A DNA stretch of 63,038 nucleotides, the filler included, from Asterionella formosa (lineage: Eukaryota): assembly GCA_002256025.1 (NCBI GenBank). It is 4 parts of 4 records of this genome, joined end to end, with 100 filler letters (N's around TTAATTAATTAA, not from the genome) between each part and the next. Parts side by side here need not be neighbours in the genome. Positions count along the whole stretch, not along the records: positions 29,653 to 59,138 come from NKIB01001018.1; positions 59,239 to 61,088 come from NKIB01001028.1; 2 more parts are not named here. The stretch is one strand, 5' to 3'. Shown here one piece after another: positions 49,157 to 61,188 of this stretch. Under the pieces are notes generated by a model. It was given only the letters and a program-made list of their open reading frames with translations, ran no database searches and was not told the DNA's origin. Numbering within the stretch: the first letter of the stretch is position 1; every line of letters starts with the position of its first letter. The translations under genes were made by a program, and so were the position numbers.

Positions 49157-51697
49157 TCGGGTTCTTTCCGGCTCGACAGGCTGATATCAGTCTCCCTTGC
49201 GGCCCGATAAGAAAGCCTTAACATCTCCTTCCTATAAGTTTATATACATCGCTGGATAGTACTTTTTCGCCTGAATAAAAGGGCTATATATGTTAAAGAC
49301 AAAGAATTGAAATTTGAACTAGTAATATTTAGTCGTGAACCAGTCACAACATGAAAAATTCCACAGACACATATCAGTCTGGACTGGAAGGACTCAATAC
49401 TGCTTCCATGGAATGATGTAAACAACAGTCAACACAACGATAGACACCCATGGAGCATATACAACATGTCCGAGTCTGTCTTTTGCTGTCTACACATGTA
49501 CTTTGGGGGTGGGAACTGTCAGCATCCACAACCTCTATCCCGAAAATTTTCTTGCCTTTGGGTAGCCGGAAAACTCTGTGCTCAGCATTTTTTGTCAATC
49601 TCGATGACCTTCGAGGCGATTCTTCTTCTTCTTCGTAATAAGGATTACATACCAATGCCTCTGCCAAAAGCTTGCGAAAACCGAGCATGCCATTAACCTC
49701 CTCCTTGCAGAAGTGTTTATATGCCAGCATGGCATTTACTTCCGGGACTGACAAGATGAATGCGAACACTCTATTTGGCCACCATTTCGTTGCCCATACC
49801 ACCTCCAAACTGATTAGGGAATGCCTTTTTGCATTATGATCGTCAACAGCATGCCGAAACTTGTAGTGGTTGTGGATAACCTCAGTATATGTAACCTGTT
49901 TTTGGCGCTTTGTTCCTTGTACCAACCAATTTCTCATTGAAACCTTGCCAATTGGTTCTAAGGTCCCATACGTAGACATTAGAGACATCACGTAGTCTGG
50001 TTCCTTCATGCAATATATGTGGAAGGGGATGTTGTCTAGTTTTCCTGGCTAGGCATCTGCAAAGCCACACTCAAGGCTTTCGAAGTGTGGCTTGATTTCT
50101 TCACCTCAGATGTATTTTTGCCAGAAGCGGCGTTTCTTTATCAGTGCTGATGCATACAATCCCTTCTTCCTTAATTCAATGATTCCCTTTAGTACACAAA
50201 GTCCACTGTCAAGAATAATTATCCTTGCTGATCCCCAAATCGATTTTGAGAGTCGAAGCAATAGCCCAACAGTTTTCCCAGCCACCAAGATCATCAAACT
50301 CTTGATATTGTCGTGATCGGGGAGCATCTTTTCCATCCACTATTTCCATTGCAAACATGATTCCTGTATTGCCACAGCAAACTGTGTGGTATTCATTTCC
50401 GAATGGCGAAGGCTTTTGGGGAACAAACATGAATCCAGGACAGGTATGCATGTTTGTCCATGTAGACATTGATTCGTCTAAACATACAATATGACCAATC
50501 TTAAAATTATTTTGCTTGTTTTCATTCCATGATTCAATCATTTCCCTTACTTCATGAAAGCGGTCCGGATAATCAGGTGCTGGCCAAATTGTATAGCCTA
50601 TAGCCTTAAGAATTGAATCGAATCAATCACGAGACATGATGTGATTTAGCCAAAATGAGGCATTGTCGAAAATATTGGTAGGCGCACCTGACCAAAAATC
50701 ATGCCGTTTTGTTCCCAGCGTTGTTGCCATGGAAAACCATAATCCAATCCATCTGAGTAGCTCACCATAGGTAACAGATTTGCCCTCTATCTTTAGATTA
50801 ATGATAAACAAAACATTATCTTTCAAGAACTCAGAAGGAAAAAATAATTCGAACAATTGGAAGACAGTTGGTTTCAACTGAGTTGGAAATGATGAAAGTC
50901 TTGGATTACAATTTGATGCACCCATCAGTCTCCTGTAGCAAATTCCTGAGTGTCCCCACTCATCCTCAAACAAATTGTTTATTAATTCATTGGGATGAAC
51001 AACATTTTCAGGTGCTGGGGCATTGTCATCATCAATAGCAATAAATCCAGCTGCAAGGGCAATGTCATCAGCATCATAAATTGTGCCGGTGCATTTGACA
51101 AGTTCGAAGAGCTCGGAAGGCATCTCTTCATCTTCTACTGCCTCCTCAGGTACATAATCGCCTTCGCCATAGTAAAAGTAGTCTGAATCAACCTCAAAAC
51201 TGATCTTGAAGTGATTTTCAAGAGCATACAGCTCAGTTGTATCAGCATCATCCACAGTCCCGGGAGCTGTGACCACAATGGCCATCACCTCTTTACCTCT
51301 AATTTTCTTTGAGCTCCCTCCACAGAACTGTCATTCCTTCAAGTCGATGACCTTTTCCAATGTTCAGATGATGATTTCAGACCCACAGTGAGGGGTGAAT
51401 GTACTTTGATAGGCATGAAACGACGGCACCTTTGCCCATGGTCAATTTTCGTTTTCGCACCATCCCGCACAAACATTTTTGAGATTTTTTCGGCTGGTAG
51501 GCTTCTCATGTATTTGAAATTTTTTTAAACCTATAAGCTTATTGCCATGCATACCTCCAGAAACCTACAGTTCTATAGATTTAGATTAACTTTTCAGAAA
51601 TGAAATAACCGTTGAATTGATCTAGGGGCAAGGGAATGAAAACCCAGACTGAATCCAGTCTACTAGACTGAAATCAGCCTAGCCGGAAAGAATCCGA
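49157..51697 (-). mobile_element. piggyBac-like DNA transposon with ~35-bp imperfect TIRs
   Basis: Left TCGGGTTCTTTCCGGCTcgacAGGCTGATATCAGTCT matches the reverse complement of right AGACTGAAATCAGCCTAGCCGGAAAGAATCCGA. Encloses the transposase. Confidence 0.85.
49374..51463 (-). pseudogene. piggyBac-family (DDE_Tnp_1_7) transposase, frameshifted
   Basis: CLDESM, PQKPSPFGNEY, ILDSG and RHAVDDHN (DDD triad contexts), plus a C-terminal Cys-rich domain. ATG at 51463. Confidence 0.88.
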
Positions 51698-51869
51698 TAT
51701 AATTAGATGAGTTTATAAAATATGATACTGCGTATCCGGTACGTATTTTGTTTCGCTTGCATCATACAAAGAATGATGGCTTTTTGCCTTCTCCTTTTTT
51801 TGCGTGTTTGCGAACACAAGCATGCAACTTGCGTTGTGATGCTTTTTGTTGTCAGTTGATTGTTGAAGG

Positions 51870-52490
51870 TGCAATAGTTCGCATTCGTACTCAACCGTAC
51901 GAATAGATCAATTCGTCTGTTGTTTCTACAGAGCACACATCAGATCATAGTCGTTTTTGGCCATTGATTTGTGTATGGATGTCTCGTTTGTTTGATCGTT
52001 CTTGTCATTGCCTTAGAAAAGGTCTCATTAACAGGTCGACAGTGGGATAACATTTGTGTTTTGGTGGAATGTTGTAGATAAACATGCGAATGTTCGCATT
52101 CATGCACAATCATACCAATATAGCACAACCTGTTCAGAATCATCTGTCTTTGAAAGATATCAGAGTAGAATCAATGTTGGCCCTTGAGTATGTTGTATTG
52201 TAGTCTTGTCATTGTAGCCATTGTCGTACGAGCAGTGCACTCGTTGATAGACACATATTGTTTGCCATTCGGCAGATTTGGTTGATTCTTGTATTTGCAT
52301 TTGCGATTGTTCGCATTCATGCACAATCGTACCAATGTAGCTCAACTTGTTCTATCATCTGTCTTTATAGGACATCAGATTAGAATCAATATTGGCCATA
52401 ACATTTATTGTTATGTCGTCTTATCATTATAGTCATTGCCGTAGCAATGTACTAGTTGACAGACATACATCATTTTGCCATTGGCAAAGG
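51870..52490. repeat. Diverged ~215-bp tandem repeat x ~3
   Basis: gttcgcattc(a/g)t.c.caa at ~51877, ~52092 and ~52309; atcaga...ttggcc at ~51939, ~52159 and ~52374. Confidence 0.7.
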
Positions 52491-52668
52491 TTTTCACCTT
52501 TTGCTCGAATGTGCCACAGGTATCATCATTTAAAGCTCACTCCATTTAGAGGCTATTAATGGATAGCTGCAGGTCACAGGTCGGCTTTCGTTCAATGAAC
52601 TGAAAAAAAGGTTATCACTTATCTTTTTCTGAAAAGGGTAAGGGTATAAATTTATAATGCCCTACGGT

Positions 52669-53345
52669 TGTCAGGATTTAACAAGTAGGTTCTGGGTAAA
52701 TATGAGCTTAATGATTAGCATATCTATATTAGCTCCTAGTCCAAGGGGACTCACAAGGGTCTTGATGAGAAGGGTATGTACTTGGTGTCAAGAGTCCATG
52801 CTAGGTGTCATGTTTTACCCTAGCATTGGTACGTCTCTTCAAGAGGTACATCTGTACCAATAGTTATCACATAACATATACCTGCGGGTACATAATGCAA
52901 TATGTACTACGAGCTACATACTACCTGGTACCAGGTAGTAACCGTATGTATAGCATCACGTACTAATCATGATCACTCTTGTGTACATGTATATGTACTA
53001 CGTATTGGTTCCATGGTAGTCATGTGCGTAATGTAAAAGGGTACACCTTTCACTTATGGGTGACGTGGAATACATACACATTGTGTATTGTGTAAATCTC
53101 TACAGTGAGAGTAAAAAAGTATATGGTCTGTATAGAAGAGCCTATAAGGTTAACGTTATATAGGACTTATACCATCTAATGATATAGTATATCTAGCATG
53201 GTACCTGGTACATACTGTACCATAGGTCACAAACTGTCAAATTTCTTGTGTGTCCACACCAAAAAAATTGGAGGGCACACATGTCTTGGTTTCTAATCAC
53301 TAAAAATATCGATCCTCGACTCATTGGATTCCGTATATTTTATCA
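52669..53345 (-). repeat. Putative 3' LTR of the adjacent Copia relic
   Basis: Starts with TG right after the PPT GGGAGGG (53346-53352). Possible end ...TGACA at 52669; distal boundary uncertain. Confidence 0.4.
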
Positions 53346-53925
53346 CCCTCCCTGATCTCGAGACCATCAATCCATAATCACATTCACAATTTGAGTTGCA
53401 TGAGTGTCATGAATTTTGTGAATGACATTCTTTGAGAGTTTGTAGGTCTGCCGAGTTCTTCTAAGTATTCACCAAAATCAACTCTAATATCCCCAGCCTT
53501 CACCTTTTCTCCAAAGAAATGATATCTCACATCAATGTGCTTAGTTCGTGAACCAACATGTTGATTCTTTGATAAAAAGGTTGCACTTGTATTGTCTTCA
53601 GCAATAATACTGGGCATTTCTACATATTCAACTTCAATGAGCGAGTAGATTCATTATAAACGTTGTTTCCTTTGATCCATCTGATAGTGCCACATGCTAT
53701 TCTTCTGTGATGGAGAAAGTAACAATCTTTTTTCTTTTAGAAATCCAATTCATCAGTTATGCGCCACCAACGGTGCCCAAATATGCACTTGTCGATTTTT
53801 GGGTGTCTGGATTGTCTCCAAATGAGCTGTCTACCACGTCTTGAACTCGTAATTCATGTGGTGGTCTCATATTTAATTTTCTGTTTCTTGCATCATTTAA
53901 AATGAATCCTAAAAATAGTTCAACA
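53346..53925 (-). mobile_element. Copia RNase H relic with PPT
   Basis: VDSSFGD..KSTS, WISK, and EDNTSATFLSKN..VGSRTKHIDVRYHF. Confidence 0.85.
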
Positions 53926-53928
53926 GCA

Positions 53929-56900
53929 CTCCAATCATCAAATGGTCAATAGACTATAGCAGGTGTCCCTAATAAGATTGGTATGTATCAGGGAGTAAGG
54001 ATGCACCCTTGTCTCAATTGGTTCATCCTGATTTACCGAAGGGGGCCAACTACGTAAAGAGCATTGCGAATTCAGCAATAGTAATAGCAAGAATAAAAAG
54101 TCTTGAAGATGGGGTTGGGCCTGTTTCCATTGTAAGGATTGACTTTTATTATCATGTTAAAATTGAAAGTAACAGATGTCATCCGAGATGGAATAATGAT
54201 TCAAATGCAGGAATCTCTGCTCGTGAATGTTTTGACTGGGTCGAAGTAAACTGGGAGAAAGGCGATGGATCAAGTTCCTACACAGTTCCGGCAAAACTAC
54301 TTCTTTGGGGAAATGTTATTTTCTCCAACACAACAACCATTCTCTTAGCGTGTATTCGTTCCTTGAAAATTTCAACTGAAATGAAAATTCATAAACGTAT
54401 GTCTTTTGCAAGAGGAGACACCTTATGCAATGATACAACTGAATTGAGCGTTGTTGAATTTCATAACATACTTTCGGCAGCATTAGATTGTACCTGCTTT
54501 GAAACCGCAGGAATCAAGGAAATCTCTGAAACCGCAAGAAGTTTGGGAACAGATACGGAAAGATAATTTTTATGTTGCCATGCCTCCACGTCATTTATGG
54601 AAATCAATCAGGTGGGACCAAAAAATAACAAGTGAATGTTGATAAAGATACAAGAATAATATAAACGATAATGGTAATAATATAGTTTCACATACTATAT
54701 TGGTTATTAGGAGGTTTTCACAAACTACAATGTCCTAACAAATGATGATAATCCCAATGGTCCACCATTATTTCTTCTTTTTCACTCCCAAAGAACCTAA
54801 GATGGTCATTCTCGTTTTGTCCGGAATTTTGCTTCTCCACTTTTCAACTGGAGGTCAAGAATGTGGCCAAGAGGTGCATGATTATACCATTTGAAGGGAG
54901 CAACTTTTCAATTCATTTTTTGCATCATGGATTTCACGTAGACAACATCATCCTTCTTGAAAGATGAATTGCAAGGAAGTCGTCCAAATAATTCGTTCAA
55001 CATTTTTAAATCTAAATAGGATGTCAAAATTTTGTCGATACAAAATTGAAGAACAGTTATTTCCAACTGAAACATATCCTCACTAGAATTTGTCGTTGTC
55101 ACTTGAGGCCAAACTTTTCCAAGATGAAAGTATGTTGACTTTATTGGTGGGTCAGATGTAACAGATAACAAATCGCCTGTTCGATCTGTTGCTACCACCT
55201 GACGTTTCAAAACTTTCCAGGACTCCGTCTCCAAACGGAATTGTGCCCATTTGCCAAGAAATTTGGTTTTGCCATTCCTTTCTAATTGCAATAGAGTTTC
55301 CAACACTTTCACAATTGTAAAAGGTCCACATGACCATCCACTGTCATCTTCTGGTTGAAATAACACGGAATCATGTTCAGTGGCCATAATGATCTGCAAT
55401 GGTGCTTTGGTGCCAGTATAGAAAGATTCCGATAAACCAATTTCCTCAGGTGTATGGGATTCTTGTGGAAGAGATCCTGTATTGGTGCATAACAATTCCA
55501 ATTGTTTGGTGCATCCAGGGATGATGCAGTACGTACGGGCAAGGTGAAATACTTGATCATAATGTTCATCAACACTTGCATCTTTTCCTGGGTCACGGAC
55601 TTGACATAATCCATCATTTATAGCAAAAAGATAATGCACAAAATGGTTGTTTTTCCACCTCATCTGATCTTTTGCAATAAACAATTAGCAATAGTTACTG
55701 TCATGATGAAGTGGATGACAATCACCTTGGTATATATACGGTGTGTCATTACCCTTTTCTGGGTTCTCATCCAGATCAAATATAACCGATCATGTCTCCC
55801 ACATTTCCGCCGGTATTTTCATTCATCGCATGAATTTGTTCATCAAATGAATGAGAATCACTGAGTTCATCTTCATTATCAGCGATGTCAGGAGAACGAG
55901 CAAAATACGACACTAGATGGAACTGTGACTCTGTAGTTTCCTCTTCGAAAGCAATCTTTCCTTCTTTTCAATCTCTGCCACTATTGAATCGGCATACTTC
56001 ATTTTTTTTCTGGAGTATTATGAATCTGTTCAAATTCATCTGTTATTTGAGTGTATTCAAAGGAATCTTCGATTGATTTCATAAGTTTCTTCATCTTCTT
56101 TTCCGAAAACAAAAAGTCGTGTAGTGTAAACAATGGAAGTAAGTCACTTTTCTTGTTTGACTGATCCTTTCCATGAAATCCGTGAAATTCCATTTGGAAA
56201 GTTGTCAAAGGGCCAGAAGAATATGATGTAAAACAGTGGAAGGGAAACGCGGAGCTTTTTGCGGCGCTTGTGGAGGTGCAACTGGTGTGATGGCAACCGA
56301 GTGTAGTAATTGTTGAATAGAGCACAGTGTAATATGCATATTCCGCCAGCGTAATGTTTACACAATACATATATAACAAAGAAAAACAACACGATGATGA
56401 ACGTGATAGCTGGTTGTGGAGGATACCGGTATGTGATATGCATCAACAACCCATACCACAAATCATATTATAGTGATGTACATATCAACGCATCCGTATA
56501 CTTAGATCCTATCCACTGTATAATACTATCAAATCAATTATTTGCTTTTACTGTATACATTTAAAGTTGAATATATATATTAAGTAACATACTTTATGAT
56601 TGATTTTTTTAATGATGTATTGATAACACTTGCGTACATATTTTATCGTATTTTATTATCGTTGTATTTTTTTAACATTATCATATTTTGATTAAAAATG
56701 TATCATAAAACATTTAAAGAAATCATCATGGTTCCATGATCAATACATCATAGGTATGTGATGTACTTTATTCAATAATACATATCATATTTTGGTGATG
56801 TATGCATCGAAGTAACCCTATCGTGATATCACATTATCATCTTATCAATCATTCAATGTTGATTGGGAACTGTATTCTGCATCGTACTACGGAGTATGAT

Positions 56901-56945
56901 ATTATAAGACGCACTTTAGTAGCTAAGTTACTGCTGTATAATGTA
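53929..56945. mobile_element. Second, inverted and deleted copy of the Plavaka/Ulp1 element
   Basis: 54009-54700 is the reverse complement of ~33290-33970 (transposase C-terminus). 55315-55790 is the Ulp1 core. 55790-56945 is the reverse complement of 30727-31930 with deletions. Confidence 0.92.
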
Positions 56946-57099
56946 CACAAGTCGACAGTACAAGTACTACACACACGCTAAGCAGGTTTGAGGCAACGGA
57001 AAGTTCCAACGAGCGAATGACGATATGGGTACCAGGTACCAATTTTTCGAGCGGCAAGCCATAAAAGGATCCACACAAAATCCATAGATCATGTGCGGC

Positions 57100-58090
57100 A
57101 GTACATCAAACTAGAAAACTACAAAGCATAATTTGTAAATAAGTACAACCAGAACAGGGAAAAATTGGCTGACTGGGACAATATATCATCAGATTCAAGA
57201 GTCAACAACGTCGAACACAGACAAGGATCACAAAATGTATCCATGGATGTCTCCCAACAGGAGCGCAAAGGAGTCTAATGCACCATGCATAGGTCAAGAC
57301 ATACCCTCAATGTGGAGAGGACGAGTCAAATGAACATATGATAGTGTGCAAACAACCCAAAAGCGCCTATAATAGAGGACTTCAAATCTCAGTGATGGCA
57401 TCCACGCTACGGCAATACAAAGGAGGCCAAGCAGTATCAGCGGTATGGATGGAGTCTGTAAAACACCTTTTATTGTCCGCCAAGGATCCCTTTCAACTAA
57501 ATTTTGAGCCCAGAACATTGGACACAACAAAAAAGGATACGTCAGGCATTAGAACAACAAAACAAAATGGGTAAGATAACGAAGTTAAGGGGATACTTAA
57601 GCAAAGGATGTGAAAGCGCAGTACTAAAAAGCTCGACAATGGATCCAAGTCCAACAAAAGCAAAATACAACATCTGGATCAAAAGGGCCATTACACAAAT
57701 ATGGCTTTTAATGGACAGATCCTGGAAGGTAAGAAATGATGCATTACGCAATGGCAACAAGAATAATACCATTTCTCAATCAGAATACGACAAAAATAAT
57801 CAAAAATACTACGCACAAAAAAGGATGAAATATCTAGGAGGGGTGAACATCTATTCAGCGCGAGCTTGGTGGAACTTCTGAAAGCTAAACCGAGTAAAAA
57901 ACTAATAAGATTTCTTAAAAGGGCCAACTATCTGTTCAAAGAATCACAGAAATTTGCTGCATCTGGCCAACAATTGATTCACTCATATTACAACACAAAT
58001 TTCAAGCACACCACAAAAGCATCACCAGAAGTGAGGACCACCAGGAAGGAACTAACACAATCCACACTTTCCTTCCTATTCTCAAGCTGA
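57100..58090 (+). mobile_element. 3' relic of a non-LTR (LINE-type) retrotransposon ORF
   Basis: DWDNI...KCIHGCLPTG, a degenerate C-H-C zinc knuckle, and WIKRAITQIWLLMDRSWKVRNDAL (W..RN C-terminal motif). Frameshifted. Confidence 0.6.
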
Positions 58091-58771
58091 TATGAACAGT
58101 GCAGCTATGGGAAATGTTAAGAGAACATAGCTACCGAAATTTTTTATCCTTATTTCCACACGAGGGATTGACCACCACAAAAATTCACCGCCCCACCTGA
58201 TATGGGGCATGGAGCGCAAAGACCGCAACTCTAGAGATAGACCAGTAAGAATGTGCCATAAAGATGATTAATGCATAGAATGATTAAAATTAATTTTGAG
58301 AATATACTAAAAAGATATATTTAGGTACAAATAGAATGAAAGACTTACCTTATTTTGGCAACCAGCTTGCCAATATTAGAGTAAAAACACAACAATACCC
58401 ACCAATAGCTTGTCACTGGTTTGCTCATTTTTCTTGATACATTTGACAGTAGAAGAAACACTGTAGCAGATGAGACAAACTCCATGTCAGGAGGAATACC
58501 TACCTTCCCAATGTTTGTAATTGGTGGATAGATATTTTAAACTAAAGAATTTGATTTACAGCCTGCATACTGGGTACTAGTATTGCGTATGCACAAGATC
58601 AACAGTGACAGTCGGGCAAGCATACCGTTAATCTAAACCAATTTTCGTATACAAAAAATGAAAGTCATATACATTATATAATATATTTAATTGATTGAAT
58701 CACATGCTAGTGCAAATGATAAACAACAACAAACAAATGCTTCATGCAAAAATAATCTGTACCAACACTGA

Positions 58772-59138
58772 TTATACCTGACTGCTGAAACAGCCAAATG
58801 CAACAAGTGCAAATGCAGCAATGATCGACTGCTCTGTCGAAGGCGATGTACTGGTACTCGTTGCTCCCTTGACCTTAGAAAACCCTCCAGCTAATTGACA
58901 TGCATCAGCTTGATTTGTTGCACCCACTAATGAACATGAGTAGCCAAACTCATCTAAAGCCTGATAAAATGCATTTGCAACAACTTGCGGACCATCCACA
59001 ACAGGCTTCACACCAGCCTGGATGACCATATTATCTTCAATAATAACGGCAGCTTCCTTGTCATATTTAAAAACAATGGGTAAGACCGCAGTTGCAAATA
59101 CCTCTCCATCAGCCAAAGCTTCATCAGTGGAGTTAGCA
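58772..59138 (-). CDS. C-terminal part of a probable surface/GPI-anchored protein, truncated by the gap
   Basis: Open frame runs into the gap and ends with an S/T-rich linker plus hydrophobic tail (TSTSTSPSTEQSIIAAFALVAFGCF). Confidence 0.5.
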
Positions 59139-59238
59139 NNNNNNNNNNNNNNNNNNNNNNNNNNNNNNNNNNNNNNNNNNNNTTAATTAATTAANNNNNN
59201 NNNNNNNNNNNNNNNNNNNNNNNNNNNNNNNNNNNNNN
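59139..59238. other. Assembly linker
   Basis: N-TTAATTAATTAA-N. Confidence 0.98.
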
Positions 59239-59622
59239 GTTCTACTTCTGTTTTCGTCTTCGTGCAATTGTGGTACCTGGCACCGGGTACTTTGCACATT
59301 TCACACCAGCATGGATTTATCTATGTATTTTACTGGCATGTATCTCTGGCAACAAGCTCGCTGTCCGGGTAGTTCAAGAAGCAGGCTAGCTCTTTTTGTC
59401 TGCTTGGCGGCGGCGTTGTCATCAGCAAGGGGGCAGGACGCCGAGGATATGATTTACACTGGGTGTGGAGTACCTGGTACGTTAATATGTATAGTTCCAG
59501 GTCGTACAATACATAGTACCAGGTACCAGTGTCGTTGGCAACGAGGACAGTTTGCATGTCCCTGGTTCGTCTAGGTACTGGTCACTGCTACACCAGAGAC
59601 GGTACCTGTTACCCCTTGTACT

Positions 59623-59712
59623 GCATGTTGCGGTCATTTTGCTTGTACTAACATTTCAATCTAGGATAAAGATAGCTAAATCTTTAGTTTCAGCAAAATC
59701 ACGGCAACTTGC
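59623..59712 (-). mobile_element. ~90-bp MITE, copy 3 (inverted)
   Basis: GCATGTTGCGGTCATTTTGCT...AGCAAAATCACGGCAACTTGC; the interior ggataaagatagctaaatctttag is the reverse complement of copies 1 and 2. Flanked by GGTACC repeats. Confidence 0.8.
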
Positions 59713-59942
59713 CTGGTACCAGGCCTCTGTCTAGGAACAGTTGCATCGATAATTCAAATTTATCCGGGGCCATTTCGCCTCCTACGATTTTCTCCGGCTC
59801 AATAGCCTGATGGTGCAGCTTGCTCTAGGCTACGGATCCATGTCTAAATAATATATAGTTTGTAATATGTAGAAAGATTGACTACATTTGAAGAAAAGTT
59901 TTTCGGCTTTTTCGACTTCCACTTTTGCTCATCTCGAGCGAA

Positions 59943-61088
59943 ATGCAGATGCCTGACCCCCCTTTTTTCTTGCCACCACCTCTTCTTAACAAGGATATGA
60001 GAAAGGATCTAACACCAGAAGAGCGTCAACTCGTGTTGGATTATGGTTTACGGAACCTCCAAAAAGGACCTGATGGAGGGGACAAAATAGATGGTCAGCT
60101 CATTTTAGTGCATGGAAATGTTAAATTTTTGGCAGGCTGGTTCAAAGTTGATAAAACAACTGTACAACGTATTTGGAACCGCGCGCTCGAATCCTATTAT
60201 AATGATGATACTTACGTGTTTGCATCGCTTTCCCGCAAATTATTGACTGGGTATACTCACAAATACCCACATGAAGAAATAATTGCAGCGATTAGAGATA
60301 TTCCATATCACAAGCGTACTATGTATCATAAACTAGCAGCTGCTCTTGCCCTTCCCAAGTCAACAGTTTTTTGGATTGCAAAGGATAACAGAGAGAATGT
60401 AATATGACTGCACACAAGTGTAGTCAAGCTGATGCTTTCAGAGGAGGGTAAGATAAGTCGTTTTATGTATTTTGTTAATCATTTACAATTGATCCATCCA
60501 GATCTAAAACATCCTTCCCCTGACGTTGATTTTGATCCGGGACTGTTTGGTTATTATGATGACTTCTACGACCAGGTCCATATAGATGAAAAGTGGTTCT
60601 TTGTTTCAGAAGGAAAGTTGAAAATATATCTGGGTCATGGAGAAGGAGCTCCCACAAGGCGGACAAAACATAAGGAGCATATCGAAAAGGTCATCATGTT
60701 CCTTTCTGCTGTGACACGTCCGCGTTTTGACGACGAAAAAGTGTGTACGTTTGAAGGTAAAATTGGAATTTGGCCATTTGTGCACCAAGTAGCAGCGCAA
60801 AGAAGTTCAATTTATCGACCAGCAGGGACAATGGAAACAAAGTCACTCCCAGTGACAAAACAGTCATACGCTGACATGATTGTTGATAATGCTTTACCTA
60901 TGATAAAAGCGAAGTGGCCTAATGGAAACAAACGAACATGTCTACAGCACAACAATGCTTTGACACATTTTGGTTCCGATTTTGCTCCCTTTGTAGCAGC
61001 TGCAACAGATGAAGAATGGGATATTCGATTGACTAAGCAACCAGCAAACAGTCCGGATTTGAATATCAACGATCTATCTTTTTTTAGT
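59943..61088 (+). pseudogene. Tc1/mariner transposase of the plant/oomycete DD39D type, with one in-frame stop, cut by the gap
   Basis: VHIDEKWF, MFLSAVTRPRFD, GKIGIWPF, QHNNA (QQDNA position) and QPANSPDLNINDL. TGA at 60405-60407 with the frame maintained. Confidence 0.9.
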
Positions 61089-61188
61089 NNNNNNNNNNNN
61101 NNNNNNNNNNNNNNNNNNNNNNNNNNNNNNNNTTAATTAATTAANNNNNNNNNNNNNNNNNNNNNNNNNNNNNNNNNNNNNNNNNNNN
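61089..61188. other. Assembly linker
   Basis: N-TTAATTAATTAA-N. Confidence 0.98.

Noticed and set aside
39721..57011. Shared AGTTCCAACG at ~39721 and ~57002 as the TIR of the Plavaka element
   Set aside because: Only 10 bp, the flanks do not align, and there is no good reverse-complement match at the left end of copy 1.
60405..60407. Programmed readthrough or selenocysteine at the in-frame TGA of the mariner transposase
   Set aside because: The position corresponds to Arg (CGA>TGA) and a catalytic Asp is also mutated, so this is simple decay.
29553..61188. Recurrent TTAATTAATTAA palindrome within N runs
   Set aside because: Artificial six-frame-stop contig linker; adjacency across it is not reliable.
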